Shown piece by piece: positions 24,771-37,779 of a stretch of DNA of 64,000 nucleotides (position 1 is its first letter; every line of letters starts with the position of its first letter). The DNA lies in NCBI RefSeq assembly GCF_006345805.1, contig NC_042998.1:114452001-114516000 (forward strand), written 5' to 3'. The DNA comes from Octopus sinensis (lineage: Eukaryota). The notes under the pieces are model-generated. The model saw only the letters and a program-made list of their open reading frames with translations. It was not told the origin of the DNA and ran no database searches. The translations under genes were made by a program, and so were the position numbers.

Positions 24771-26923
24771 ATGTCTTGTGTATTTAGGAGTACATCGTAT
24801 CCTCCCTTTTTAAACGTGGCAGTAATTTCCAGCAATTTGAGCTAACAAATAGAGTTTCTTTGTTGGTAGGCGGTATTTAGTGTTGGTCCTTTCGGAGTTA
24901 GTGGTGGTGGTGGTAGTTGTGATTGTACCTGGTGTGTATGCATTGACGCTGGTGGGAACTCGAGGTGGTTTTAGTGGTGGAAGCTGGCTGAGGTAGTGAT
25001 GCAAAAATCGTACAGGTGAAGAAGGTAGAAAGTATCCATGATATGCAAATAGTAGAAGATCCTTGAAGTGGCGGTAAGGTTAGTAGTAGATGGTGATGGT
25101 GGTGCTGCTGCTGATGATGATTGTGTTTATGGTACACGTGGTGAGTGTGACAGTATTTTTGGTGATAGTAGCAGTGGTCGTGGTTTTTGTGGCGACGGAA
25201 ACTTTGCTAAATGGTAGTGATGATGTGAAATGGTAGAAGACGAGATATGTCTTTCCTTATTTAAGACACTAAAATATAATTTGAGAAGAATTTAACTATT
25301 ATTTTTAGTAGATCGAGCAAGTACATAAATGTTTTCTTGTTGTGGTGGATTTTGATGTCAGTATTGTTGTTGCCGTTGAGTTAATATTTGTTTAGCCTAA
25401 AGCGATACTCGATCGATCCAACGGAAGATGAAATGTGTTTCAGCTGTGAACGCAAGACACATTACCTATCATGTCTTTTTAAGACAGTAAGAAGTGGCAT
25501 GAGAGGGATTTGACTGCTATTTCTTACTGGTTGAACGACCACTTTGAGGATTCCCCATTGTGCTTCCTAATGTTAATGTATTAAATTGCTGCAGTTTTCA
25601 ATGGATCATGGCGTCGTCACTTTTGGTGATATTATTGTCGTAATTGTTGGGATCCAAACGAGTGTGTAACGGAGACTTAGGTCTTGGTTACTACTTCTAG
25701 CAAATCGTCTGATTACAACCGGTTTCTTCACTGTTGTTGTTGTTGATGTTAGTATTGTCGTCATTGCTCTCGTTTCGTTGTTGTTGCTGTTTAACCCCAT
25801 GTATGTGGCTGGGTGCTAGCTTTTCGCGGCGAGTAGTTTAAATGTCTGTTGTGACTGTCTTGCTGATAATCAATAATAGAGGTAATTCTTAATGGTTTGT
25901 AGTGTTGCTTGTTGTAGATGAGATAACAGGGTTGGCTGTTGAGACAGCGGTGGTGGTGGTGGTGGTGTGGTGGATGTTGTTACAGTGAAGGTAATAGCAT
26001 TCTTGTATTGATTGTACTTGAAAGGACAGTAACGATGATCAATGGTGCAGTGACGAGGTGGCAACTGTTGTTGTGTGTGAATAGACGGTTGCTGCAGGGA
26101 ACGAGGTGCGGGGAATATTAATGCTAATTCTTAGAATATTTGCCTTAGAATGTGTTTGCTCCTGTGTGTCTGTGTATGTGTTTGTGCGTGTGTGTGTGTG
26201 TGCGAGCGCACGTGTCTGTGTGCGTGTTTACATGCATACATATACATATATATGTATATATATTAAAATACACACACACATACACACCCACACACACCCA
26301 CACACATATATATATATATTATATATATATATATATGCATATATGTGTGTATATGTTTTTGTATGTGTAATAACTCTCTCTCCCTCAATTGTGCGTGTAT
26401 ATATATATGTGTGTGTGTGTGTGAGAGAGAGAGATAGAGAGAGCGTGTGTGTGTGTGTGTATGTGTATGCGTGCGTGTGTGCATGTGTATGTGTGTGTGA
26501 GAGTGAAAGGGAGAAGGAGAGAGAAAGAGAGAGAACAATCAGGCTATTTGTCAGCCTAACGATACCGAAAATTGGTAAAAATTAGCAAACAATGACAGGG
26601 TAGATGTTCCCCTTATAATCTATTCTCCGCTCACATGCCAATCATGACGAAAGAAAACAATCGGAAGATTTTCTCTCTATATCGCTGTATTTCTTATTAT
26701 TATAAATAGAACCAAGAAAAGGGCTTTTAGTCGGTCGCTCAACCTGCTAGAAATAACAGCCGTTTTCCTTCGTGCGGATATTGACTAAAAACGAGAGAGG
26801 CTGTTCATGGTTGGAACATTTGAGTGTACTTGTATTTGATCTGCGAGGACAAAGGACTAAATAAAAGCAACGACAAGAGCAACAACAACAACTTCATGAA
26901 TAGTTATCATTAATATATTCATA

Positions 26924-27280
26924 GGCGCAGGCGTGGCTTTATGGTAAGAAGTTTGCTTCCTAACTACATGGTTTCGGGTTCAGTCCTGCTGTGTGCCATC
27001 TTGACAAGTATCTTCTACTATAGTCTCGTGCCGCCCAAAACCTTATGTATCGATTTGATAGACGGAAACTGAAAGAAGCCCGTCGTACATATGCATGCAT
27101 GTATATATTATGTATGTATGTATGTATGTGCGTTTGCCTGTCTGTTTTTGTCCCCTAATACCGCTCGACAACTTATATTGGTGCAATTTTGTACCCGTAA
27201 CGTAGCGTTTCGCCAAAAAAGTCCGATAGAATAAGTACTAGGCTTCACAAAAATAAGTACTAGCAAAAAATTTCTTGACT
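26924..27280 (+). mobile_element. SINE family A
   Basis: GGCGCAGGCGTGGCT..GGTAAGAAG..GGTTCAGTCC..CTTCTACTATAG..GACGGAAACTGAAAGAAGCCCGTCG..CCGATAGAATAAGTACTAGGCT. Confidence 0.88.
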
Positions 27281-27346
27281 TGCCAGCTCCTGCTAAACCG
27301 TCAAACCCATGTAAGCACAGAGAAAAGTTTTAAATGATGACGCTGG

Positions 27347-27383
<37 letters not shown>

Positions 27384-27841
27384 ATGAACGTCGGCTGACT
27401 AAAGCAACAGTACAACCATTTTTCGCCAGTAACAATGATATACTGTGTATCTCCGCGAAAATGTTTTATGTGATAATATAAACTTCGCATGTATTGAGAG
27501 ATAAATATAGTTGTACATAACGTATGAACCATTGTAATTTTATCAACAAGATCTGTTGTGAAAACTATATTTTTTTATATCTCCTTTCATATTAATCATT
27601 ATCTTTTCTTATACTATATAGCTAAATATTCAATTTTTTCCCCTCTTTCTGCATACATATATATACTCACACACACATGCATACATGCGCGCGCTAGAGA
27701 ATTGGTATCTGTGTATCCAGTTTCTGTTTGAGTGTGTAATTCTCTTTCTAAATAATCTTTTATCTCTTAACGTACAGCACAAATTTATACGTGCATACTT
27801 ACACGCTTATGCGCACACATACATACTCACACGCTTAAATA

Positions 27842-27922
<81 letters not shown>

Positions 27923-28567
27923 TACACATATATACACATATATATATATATATATATATATTCGTGTGTGTGTTATATATGCATCTGTACGTGTGTGTGT
28001 GGGTGAGAAATGTGTTAGCAGCTCAACACCTAGCAACGATTTTACATAAAACGTTTCTAGAAAAGTAAAATAAAAAGCATAGACATACAAAAAAAAATCA
28101 TAAACTGATTCTTCTAAATATCTGCTTTATATGTTTCTGTTGCTATTAATGCCAATCTAGTTACGACACAAACACGTTTCTGTGTCATGTTTATAATATT
28201 CTCGTAGATGTCTATGTGGAAAAGAAAACAAGCATTATTTTTCTTATTTTGTGTTCCTGTCATATGATCTATTGATATGTTTTTAAATGCATTGTTTCAC
28301 ATCTAGATAAATTTGAAAAATCTTGCAGATACGAATACAGTTGATAAGGGAAAGCAGAAAATGATAGAAGAAAATGAAAGATGTTGTTCATTTTTGAAGC
28401 TGACGCGCCATTTTTATAAATAAAAATTCAGTTCGATCACGCTGTCAAGTTGTTTTTAAACGAATCAATAGAAGGGGAAACTTCTACATGGAAATACGAT
28501 TTGTCAAAATAGTAGCTGAATCTCCGTCAAATCACAAGTAATCGCTTTTAAAAAGTAGGCATGTCAT

Positions 28568-29000
28568 CAGGACCGGATTATAACCCATAGAGGCCCTATG
28601 CATTTAAAAGGTTTTAGTGCCCTGAAATATATGTAAATGATTCAAAATATAAACAAAAATAATTTGAAAACTATAAAATGAATTTTTACTTTTCAAAATG
28701 GAAAAAAACTAACAGTAAGATGGACAATAATATTTATGTTTGTATATTCCAGTTTATTTATATTTGAAAAGTTTTCTCCTTGGTTTAAAAAAATTTTAAT
28801 TGCAAATTTTTCGATGCTATTGTTAAAATTAATTTTCCGTAAAACTTCTATACTTAGTAGAGATAAGGCATCACAAATATTATTTTAGCAAGTTTAGAGT
28901 GATTTCTTTCGTGCTGTAAACCATTTTCATTTCTGTTGTGCCCCCGTCCCATGATGCGCTAAGCACGTGCTCATTTTGCTTAATGGTTAATCCAGTGCTG
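28568..29000 (-). mobile_element. Internally deleted hAT (Tip100-like) element / MITE
   Basis: TIRs CAGGACCGGATTATAACC and (rc) CAGCACTGGATTAACC. Degenerate 8-bp TSD CATGTCAT/CAAGCCAC. Internal minus-strand SLLSIEVLRKINFNNSIEKFAIK resembles the hAT C-terminal dimerisation region. Confidence 0.75.
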
Positions 29001-29134
29001 CAAGCCACCACTGGATAATTTAATCCTTTATACTATAAGTCTGAAATAAAGGAAAGTGGTTGGGCATTGCAGGAGTGTAGTGGATTACAGATTTGCTTGT
29101 TCAGGTTAATCTACAGCAAAAAGAAAAAAAAACT

Positions 29135-29335
29135 GGTTCTAAATATTAATGTCAGAAATTTGTGGGAAAGGTTTCAGGCGGTTACATTGATCTCAATATT
29201 GGATGGGTATATTTTTATTGACTCTGGAGGGATGAAAAGCAAAATTGAACTGTGGCGAGTTTTGATCTCAGATCGTAATGAACTGGAATAAATACTGTGA
29301 ACCATGTTGTCCCACTACCGAATGCCCCTGCCAAC
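29135..29335 (-). mobile_element. SINE family B, old copy
   Basis: TTTATTGACTCTGGAGGGATGAAAAGCAAAATTGAACTGTGGCGAGTTTTGATCTCAGA is a diverged reverse complement of family B. Confidence 0.65.
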
Positions 29336-29724
29336 CCCTACCCTCTCTAGGGCAAAATAATGACAACAAAAACAGCAAAAGGCAACATGTGCAGTAACAG
29401 TATATATTATATAAGCTCAAATGGGACTGTATCTAGAACAATGAAAATTTAATAAGCATTGTTTGAACAGATATCGATCAGTGATTATGAAATATCGTTA
29501 CTATTGACTAACGGTTAATATGGTAGGAACGACTTTCTTTTAAGGAACAGGACACACTTATGAATATTTCTGTGGGCTGAAGTAGGTCACACTATTAAGA
29601 AAATTATGGTACTGCGACATTCTGAGAAGAATTAGAGTTGGCAAGGAGGTTTAATTGTGCCATTGCATTTAGTATATTCGTACTCGGTTAACAATGAGTA
29701 GTGGCAAAATAGGTGATATATGGT

Positions 29725-29965
29725 GGACCATGTTGTGGTGAAATGAATGTTGTGTTGTGTTGGTTCATATGTGTGCGGTGCCTACTGTGGTGAAATAGAG
29801 TCATGACGGAGTGAATTCATGATGAAATGGACCAAGTTGTTCTGGAGCCATCTTGTGGAAAAATAAAAAGATTCAAGGTGGTGCATTTTGGGGTGAAAAA
29901 GATGGCTTTTGTGATGAAATAGGTGGTTGTTGTGGTGCGAATATGTTGTGCTGAAATAGGTAACG
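29725..29965 (+). repeat. Degenerate minisatellite with TGTGGTGAAAT core
   Basis: About 7 imperfect TGTGGTGAAAT/TGTGATGAAAT cores spaced roughly 25-55 bp apart. Confidence 0.55.
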
Positions 29966-30104
29966 AAAAGGTCAGGGATGTCTCAAACCTGCGGTCTTGG
30001 TGTTGTTTAGCCCCTGATCACACCTGATTCAGTGTATATATGATGAAAAGCTGTGACCCTTCACTCATTGAATTCTTGTTATATTCGAAACTGATTTTTG
30101 CCAT

Positions 30105-30615
30105 AGTTTACTGGTTAGGTGTGGAGGAAAAGCAGTGTTCATTGCTTAAGCAAATCCTTCCATACTGGTGAAATTGAAGGTAACTAGTACCTGCAGTAAA
30201 AACACGGACAGGGAGAATATTACAGGGAGCCGATGTTTTGTGAAGGAAAGATCTGGGTAATGCGTATAGTGCAAAACTTTGGTTGGTGGACACAATAATG
30301 GTGATGAGAGCAGGAAAGTTGAATGGATCAGGAATATCAAAGTGTAGTCGCATAAACCCGGCCACATTCGAGGTGCATATACCATTACATAGTAGTGGTA
30401 GAGAATGTTGAAAGAAGACACAGCATCTCTGTGGCCAGAGGCTGACAAAGCTTTGAGTGACTTTATGGCAATCAGTCGGATGGCTTTATTCTTGATGTGG
30501 TCCAGGACATCTGTGCATATATGCACAGCACCGTTCCAGATGTGAAAGAATTAATCCAGTGTGGGCCTTACTCTAACCGTGTAGGATGTTAAGAATTGTT
30601 GCGCTCCGAGTATTT
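30105..30615 (-). mobile_element. CR1/Jockey-group LINE 3' end (RT C-terminal region)
   Basis: Minus strand QFLTSYTVRVRPTLD*FFHIWNGAV..TDVLDHIKNKAIRLI..GHRDAVSSFNILYHYY, matching the RPxLEYCxxIW..LDRIQxKAIRLI..HRRxV..FYRYY pattern. Confidence 0.75.
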
Positions 30616-31693
30616 TATCGCTGAATTTAATGTTTCCTGATTGTAATCATTTAAAATATTTTGATCATAAAATTTATGGTCAATTACCGAATGTTTATTT
30701 TCTCCTAGTTATCCTACAAGCAGCTATCTTGCTTATGTTGTTTCATATCGTGTTAATGGTAATAATTCGACGATTAACGGTTTTTATGTTAATACTTTTT
30801 GGCAGTTTATCCTTCATGATTGTGATGGTTATCATTATAATTATCTTCCTGATTACTCTCTTTCGTACGATTTCTTTCCAAATCGTTTGCTTCTTGATGG
30901 CTGACTTACTTTCGGGTATATTGCAGGTACTTAACATATGAGTACCTCCTTGACGAATTGTTTCTTACTAGTTACCTTCTTGCCAGATAGTTTCTCAATA
31001 GTTACTTTGCTAATGGTTAGTTTCTCCATTGCTAGCTCGCTGATTTGATTTCAGACCTTAAAATACTGGAACGTAGAATGAAAATTAATTTAACTGACAG
31101 TCCTGCAATACTGAAAATCTGTGGTCGTCAAATTTTTTATAGAATGGTATAGTTTTAGTCGATTAAAACGATAGAGTACTAGACGGTACTATATTTTATC
31201 GATCCCAGTAGCATGAATGACAAGCACGATCTCAGTAGTTCTCTTTCCATGTTATGATTCGGTCCCTGTGGTAGAAGACCGAGCCAAATAGAGAGAAATT
31301 AAGTTAGATCCACCTAAGAAATATACGTTAAAAGATTAACTTGTCGCTTCTTCCTGACTCTGGAACAAGACTTCCATTGATAGATATTGTTTCCTTTTCT
31401 TGAGTTATCAAACAGCGCTACAAAAACCCTCCCATGGCCTGCAAATTGCTGTGTAAAGTGGAGGTAGATAAAGAAAAACAAATAGAACATCAAAAAAGCA
31501 AATACAAACTAGCAGTAGGTTACAGTCAGACATTTTAAGAAACTATATTGCAATTAGTATTTTGTACGAGAATATAAACGAGCGATTGTTGAATACGCGG
31601 AGTTCTTATGAAACGATAAATAAATTTGTTCCTGCCTGAACGTTAATTCTAAGCTAACGCACCCGCGCGCGCATATACACACACGTACATACA

Positions 31694-31752
<59 letters not shown>

Positions 31753-31779
31753 ATCTATCTATCTATCTGTCTGTCTGTC

Positions 31780-31873
<94 letters not shown>

Positions 31874-31877
<4 letters not shown>

Positions 31878-32730
31878 TTTGGCAACTAAGTTCCCGCCGT
31901 CTTTTTAAATTTTGGAATCTATTTTGTATTTATCTAGTTAATTTTAGTTAATTTTTGTTTATTTTCAGATCATTAAAATGGAATGTCAAGTTAAGAAAAA
32001 CGAGCATTTTCGACACCTTTTTTTGCTTTTCATCAAGGTTCTAAGGCCACAAAAGCTGCTCGCGACATTTGTGCTGTGTATGGAGAGGGTGCCATAGCTG
32101 AAAGAACCGCTCGTGATTGGTGTGCCAAGATCAAAAATCGAAATTTTGACCTCAAAGACGCACCTCGTTCTGGTCGTCCAGTTGAGTTCGATGAAGAGCG
32201 ATTAAACCAACTTTTGCAGGAAAATTCTCGTCAAACGACAGGGGAACTGGCAGAGAAAATGGAATGCTTCCACACTGCTACAGAGAAGCATCTTCACTCG
32301 ATGGGAAAGGTTCAGAAGTATGGAGCAAGAGTCCCGCATGCTTTAAGTGACAACAACAAAAGCCAACGAGCCACCATCTTCCGCTGGTTTACTTGCTCGT
32401 GACCGCTCAACTAATGGACACAAGTAACGATTTCTTTACCGAATCGTTCCTGGCGACGAAAAATGGTGCATGTACATCAATATGAAGCAGCGTAAGGAAT
32501 GTCTAAACAAGTAACACCGGCGTGAAACAAGATCTTCATCCGCTTAAAATGGTGTTGTGCGTATGGTGGGACTGGGAAGGGATTATCCATTACGAATTGC
32601 TTGACCGGAACCAAACGGTTAACGCAGAACTCTATGTTCAACAGATGGAACGACTCAACACGGCTATTCAAGAGAAAAGACCTAATCGTCAGCATGGAGT
32701 TCTGTTGCGGGAACTTAGTTGCGAACCTAA
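31874..32730 (+). mobile_element. Internally deleted mariner with both TIRs (mellifera-subfamily-like)
   Basis: TA|TTGGTTTGGCAACTAAGTTCCCGC ... GCGGGAACTTAGTTGCGAACCTAA|TA. ATG at 31978 gives MECQVKKNEHFRH, then DAPRSGRP, RVPHAL, IVPGDEKWCMY and MVLCVWWDWEGIIHYELL. Coding breaks off at HGVLL, before HDNA. Confidence 0.95.
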
Positions 32731-32731
32731 T

Positions 32732-32801
<70 letters not shown>

Positions 32802-33329
32802 TATATACATATGAAAATACTTATAAAGAGAGTGAAAGAGAGAGAGAGAGAATGTACACACTTGTACTACAAGATTCTTAGAGAATGAAAAATTGACCAT
32901 TTTCTAGGACATGCAGACGAAATTGAAAACAAATCGATCAGATACTTTTAGTAAACACTCTCACAATACTATGTTTCGTAATCGACATGTCAATTACAAC
33001 GGTTTCAATGTATCTCTAGAATCAATAGAGAAACAATTGAAATATAAAACTATGGCAATAGTTTTATATTTCAGAAGTTAAAAGAAAATAGAAAAATCAT
33101 AATAGATCCCATAAGAATGATAAGAAATTATGCGGACAAACGTGTAGTCAATTTTTAGAAGTTAGATATAAGTGCAACATACAGAAAATATTCTCATCAG
33201 GCAGTCTGAACATATTATTGTAGAATAATTTTAGTACTGTAGAAAAAACATGGGAGCAAAATACTGCATGTACCCTATGTACAACAAAGCTGGACTCTGT
33301 TGTGCAGTGGAAACACGCAACGAAAATGA

Positions 33330-33991
33330 GAATTAATGAATTAATAGTAATTATAATGATGATGATGACGATGATAACGACGTCAACCATGGTGATGATG
33401 ATGAAGACGACGATGACGAATACAAAGCACGATTATGATGATGGTGATGATGATGAAGGTATTGGTGATGGTTATAGCAACAGCAACAACAATCATAATA
33501 ATGAATGTTATGATGATCCAAAACGGCGCGACGAACAATGATGACTACGATGAGTATGAATATTGTGACGACGAAGACGACGACGACGTCGATGTTCATG
33601 AAGATGACAATGATGATGACGAACGTTGATGAACATGATAATACTCATGGTAATGATGATAATTATGCCGACGACATTCGTGATAATAATGATGGATGTA
33701 AATGGGCAAAATGATGATGATGATGATGATGATGATGGGGATAATGATGATGATGATGATGATGACGACGACGACGACGACGATGATGATGATGATGGTT
33801 GTGGTGGTGGTGGTGGTGGTGGATTATCGATGATAATAATTACGATACTGGTGATGAGAACAATACCAACAATAAGATCATTTCCAGCATTAACAACAAT
33901 TTTTAAGAGAGTGCTGGTGTTGATGTTGTTGTCGTTGATAATGATGAGGCCAAAGATATTACTGGCAATAACAACAGCCACAACCACAGAA

Positions 33992-34023
<32 letters not shown>

Positions 34024-34031
34024 TATTATTA

Positions 34032-34064
<33 letters not shown>

Positions 34065-34225
34065 CATTATTATTATTATTATTATGTTGTTGTTGTTGTT
34101 GTTACTGTTGTTGCTGATATCATCATCCTCATCCTCATCATCTTCATCATCCTCCTCCTCATCATCATCATCATCCTCGTTATTATCTTCGTCAATAATA
34201 ATAATAATAATAAGGATAATAATTT
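33330..34225 (+). repeat. ~900-bp mosaic trinucleotide low-complexity block (GAT/GAC/GGT/TAT/TGT/TCA)
   Basis: Seen directly. Source of the poly-D/S/M/Y ORFs. Confidence 0.95.
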
Positions 34226-34679
34226 CTTTATTTAATAATAGAAGCCAACCAAATAAGGAAAAACACGACAAAAACCATAACGAATATCAAACAGAAAATA
34301 AATTACCACGGAATAAAGTCCTGCAATGCAGGGGGTGGAGAGTTGGGGAGAAGGAACTAGAAGAAGGTGTTGACGAGGTATGGGAAGTAGAGGAGTTTTC
34401 GAATTTGACACGAGTATTAATTACAGCCAGTTATTGAATCGTTAATTAAGGAAACGGTTAAATATTTGTACGTTTCCTGAGACGTGAGCAGCAGAGAAGT
34501 TAATGAAAGCCAGCTAATTAACAGCAAAACAAAGAATTCGACCATTGTGGAAATCTCTGCCATCTTATACGCCCCCTACCGGAGAAAGGAGAAAGGAGAA
34601 ACGACCGTACTTTCGTGTCCATCCTCCATATTATAAAATTACATATGCATCATATATATATATATATATATATGATTGT

Positions 34680-34718
<39 letters not shown>

Positions 34719-34978
34719 GTGTAGGTTTTCGTTTCTGACGATTTTGTATTTTTGTTTTTCTTGATAAGTTTTTGTATGCTTCATTTTGTACGGAACCTAT
34801 TTGGAAATATATAAATACACATACGCACATGGACGTAGCATATACACACACACACACACCCGCACACACACAGACACACACACGCACAAACACACATTCA
34901 CAGACCTTACATAAATTTGTCTGTGTTGTGCGTACGTGTGTGTGTGTGTAAGTGTATGAGCCTGTTTTTATGCATATG

Positions 34979-35019
34979 TATCAATGTATCTATCGCTATC
35001 TATTCATGAATAGACATCT

Positions 35020-35053
<34 letters not shown>

Positions 35054-35094
35054 AGATGTCTATTCATGAATAGATAGCGATAGATACATTGATA
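34979..35094. repeat. 116-bp perfect palindrome centred on (AT)n
   Basis: TATCAATGTATCTATCGCTATCTATTCATGAATAGACATCTCAA-(TA)n-TTGAGATGTCTATTCATGAATAGATAGCGATAGATACATTGATA. The arms are exact reverse complements, with the centre at 35036/35037. Confidence 0.95.
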
Positions 35095-35283
35095 TATATA
35101 TATATAATATATATATAATAATAAGTAAATATATTCTGATATATATGCATATTAATATGTATGCATATACGTATATATATAGATATGTATATATATATAC
35201 GTATATAGGTATATAAATATATATATATTTATATCTATAAATATATATCAATATATAATATGTATATATATTCATATGTATAT

Positions 35284-35347
<64 letters not shown>

Positions 35348-35959
35348 TTGTGTGTACGTATATAAGTTTCTGCATCTTCCTCTGTTCATACACTGTGGAG
35401 GTTGATAATGATGATGGCATTAATAAGTTATTATTTTGACGATGACGATGATGACACAATGACGACGACGGTGATGATGATTACGATGATGATGACGACG
35501 ACATCGGTGGTGGCGGTGATGTTGGTGGTGGTGTTTGTATTGTTGGTAATGACGATCATATTGAAAACACGTAGGAAGATAATGATTATGCGCAATGTCT
35601 CTAAGAAATAGTCATGGGTTGATGTATGTTTGGGCGGTGGTGGCTGTAATTCAATAGATGGTTACAACGTTACGCTAGACACAATAAGTTTCACCATCCA
35701 CCATCAACTATCGAACGGAGATGCTATCGAACAGGGAATCTACCTCGTCAGTTCAATATTCGATAGATATTTATTAAACTGTATAATTTTCCTAGTTGAA
35801 TTACTCGCCGTAAAAATTGACCAAAAATGAAAGAAACAAATAAATGTTATACAGATTTTTGTGTATTATGTGGGTGTTTGCGTGTGTATGTGAGTGTGTG
35901 TGTGCGTTTGTGTGTGAGTGCGTGCATATATATACATACATACATACATACATACACAA

Positions 35960-36015
<56 letters not shown>

Positions 36016-36145
36016 ATAAATATACATAGTATAGGCAATTTATATGTATATGCGGATGTTCTGTATATATAAGCAAATATAAGAATATGCAGAATCATGT
36101 ATATATATGCATGTATATATAAATGTATATTCTACATATTTGTGC

Positions 36146-36180
<35 letters not shown>

Positions 36181-37162
36181 AACGATTATATATGTATATA
36201 CATATATAATCGTTCACACAGACATGCATACACATGTAGATACATATAAACATACATGCATATATATATGTGTATATATACATATGTATATATATATGCA
36301 TGTACGTACGTATATATATGTACGTATGCATATATATATATGTGTATGTAATTATATATATATATAGATGCATGTATATATGTATATGTGTATATATTCT
36401 ATATAGACTTGTATAGATACGTTCATGAAGCCATGTCAAAAAAGAATGACGCAACACTGGAAACAGAACATCGATTAGAAAGAGTTATCTCGAAATGCAT
36501 GATATTACCCGATGACATAAATGAAGGTGTCCTTCACTTTTGCATATTTGTCTGTTTGTTGGAACATTTGTTCTTATTGTTCGTTTCCTATTACCTTTGT
36601 ATTATGGTTTGCTGTGTGTAATTATCGTGGCAAAGGAAACTCGGAAACATATACACTTCTTGTGCGGCAGTGTGAAATTACTGGTTTTAGACCGCTGTCT
36701 ATATCCGTACATGTGTATATACATTTACATATATATGTGTCTTTGAGTTTGTGTACTTACGCAGAAAGTACATTGAATATAAATACGCAGTTACCCCGCC
36801 TACCATATATATATTCATATGTTAAGTTGTATGTATCTGCCAGGTTAAATGCATGCTCATATTATATATACGTATATGTTATGCGCATTCATATATATAT
36901 ATATATGTGTGTGTCTGTATTTTTATATGTGTGTGTGTGGGGGTGTACGAGTGTATGTATAATCACACATGCATTAAACACATACGCATATACATAATGA
37001 ATATAAATATATTGAGTGTATCTGTATACATACACGTACGCACATATACGTACACTTATAGATATTTTTACAGTCACAATAACTTATGGTAAGTTTAAAA
37101 CAGTTACTTTCTGATAATAATACCCGGCTGGTAGCATTAAGCAGAGTATATATAATATATAT

Positions 37163-37212
<50 letters not shown>

Positions 37213-37325
37213 CACACATACATACATACATACATACATACATACATACATACATACATACATACATACATACATAATACATACATACATACATACATGC
37301 ATACATACATTCATACATACATACT

Positions 37326-37650
37326 GGCACTCTGTCGGTTACGACGACGAGGGATCCAGTTGATCCGATCAACGGAACATCTTGCCCCTGAGATTAACGT
37401 GCAAGTGGCTGAGCAGTTCACAGATACACGTACCCTTAACGTAGTTCTCAGTAGGATTCAGCGTGACACAGAATGTGACAAGGCTTGCCCTTTTGGAAAT
37501 ACAGTTACTACTCATTTTTGCCAGCTGAGTAGACTGGAGCAACGTGAAATAAAGTGTCTTGCTCAAGGACACAACACATTGTCGGGAATTGAACAAATGA
37601 CCATACGATCGCGAGCCGAATGCCCTAAACGATAAGTCGCACACCTTCAC
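37326..37650 (-). mobile_element. tRNA-derived SINE family C (OR-like head, CORE-like centre), tail type 1
   Basis: Minus strand tRNA-like head, then GTGTCCTTGAGCAAGACACTTTATTTCACGTTGCTCCAGT..AAATGAGT. Ends in (TATG)n. Confidence 0.85.
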
Positions 37651-37779
37651 ACATCCACCCGACATGAGTAAACAGACACCCCATAAAACATCGTGTTATG
37701 TTTATTTTAACTTGAAAAGTTATAGATCTTTATTAATTGACATATTTATGTTTCAGGTTATATATGTGACTGTTTAATC

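Noticed and set aside
29725-31050. CRISPR-like repeat-spacer pattern in two degenerate minisatellites (29725-29965, 30620-31050)
   Set aside because: The repeats are short, imperfect and irregularly spaced, there are no cas genes, and the context is eukaryotic.
31978-32710. SETMAR-like host gene
   Set aside because: No SET domain, bounded by TIRs and TA, frameshifted, and missing the last two catalytic aspartates.
33302-34437. Acidic or Ser-rich protein (poly-D/poly-S ORFs)
   Set aside because: Trinucleotide mosaic open in several frames on both strands, with no domain or convincing splice signals.
36415-36527. Possible exon YVHEAMSKKNDATLETEHRLERVISKCMILPDDINE
   Set aside because: Weak acceptor, poor donor (GTGTCC) and no recognisable homology. 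It would need RNA-seq support.
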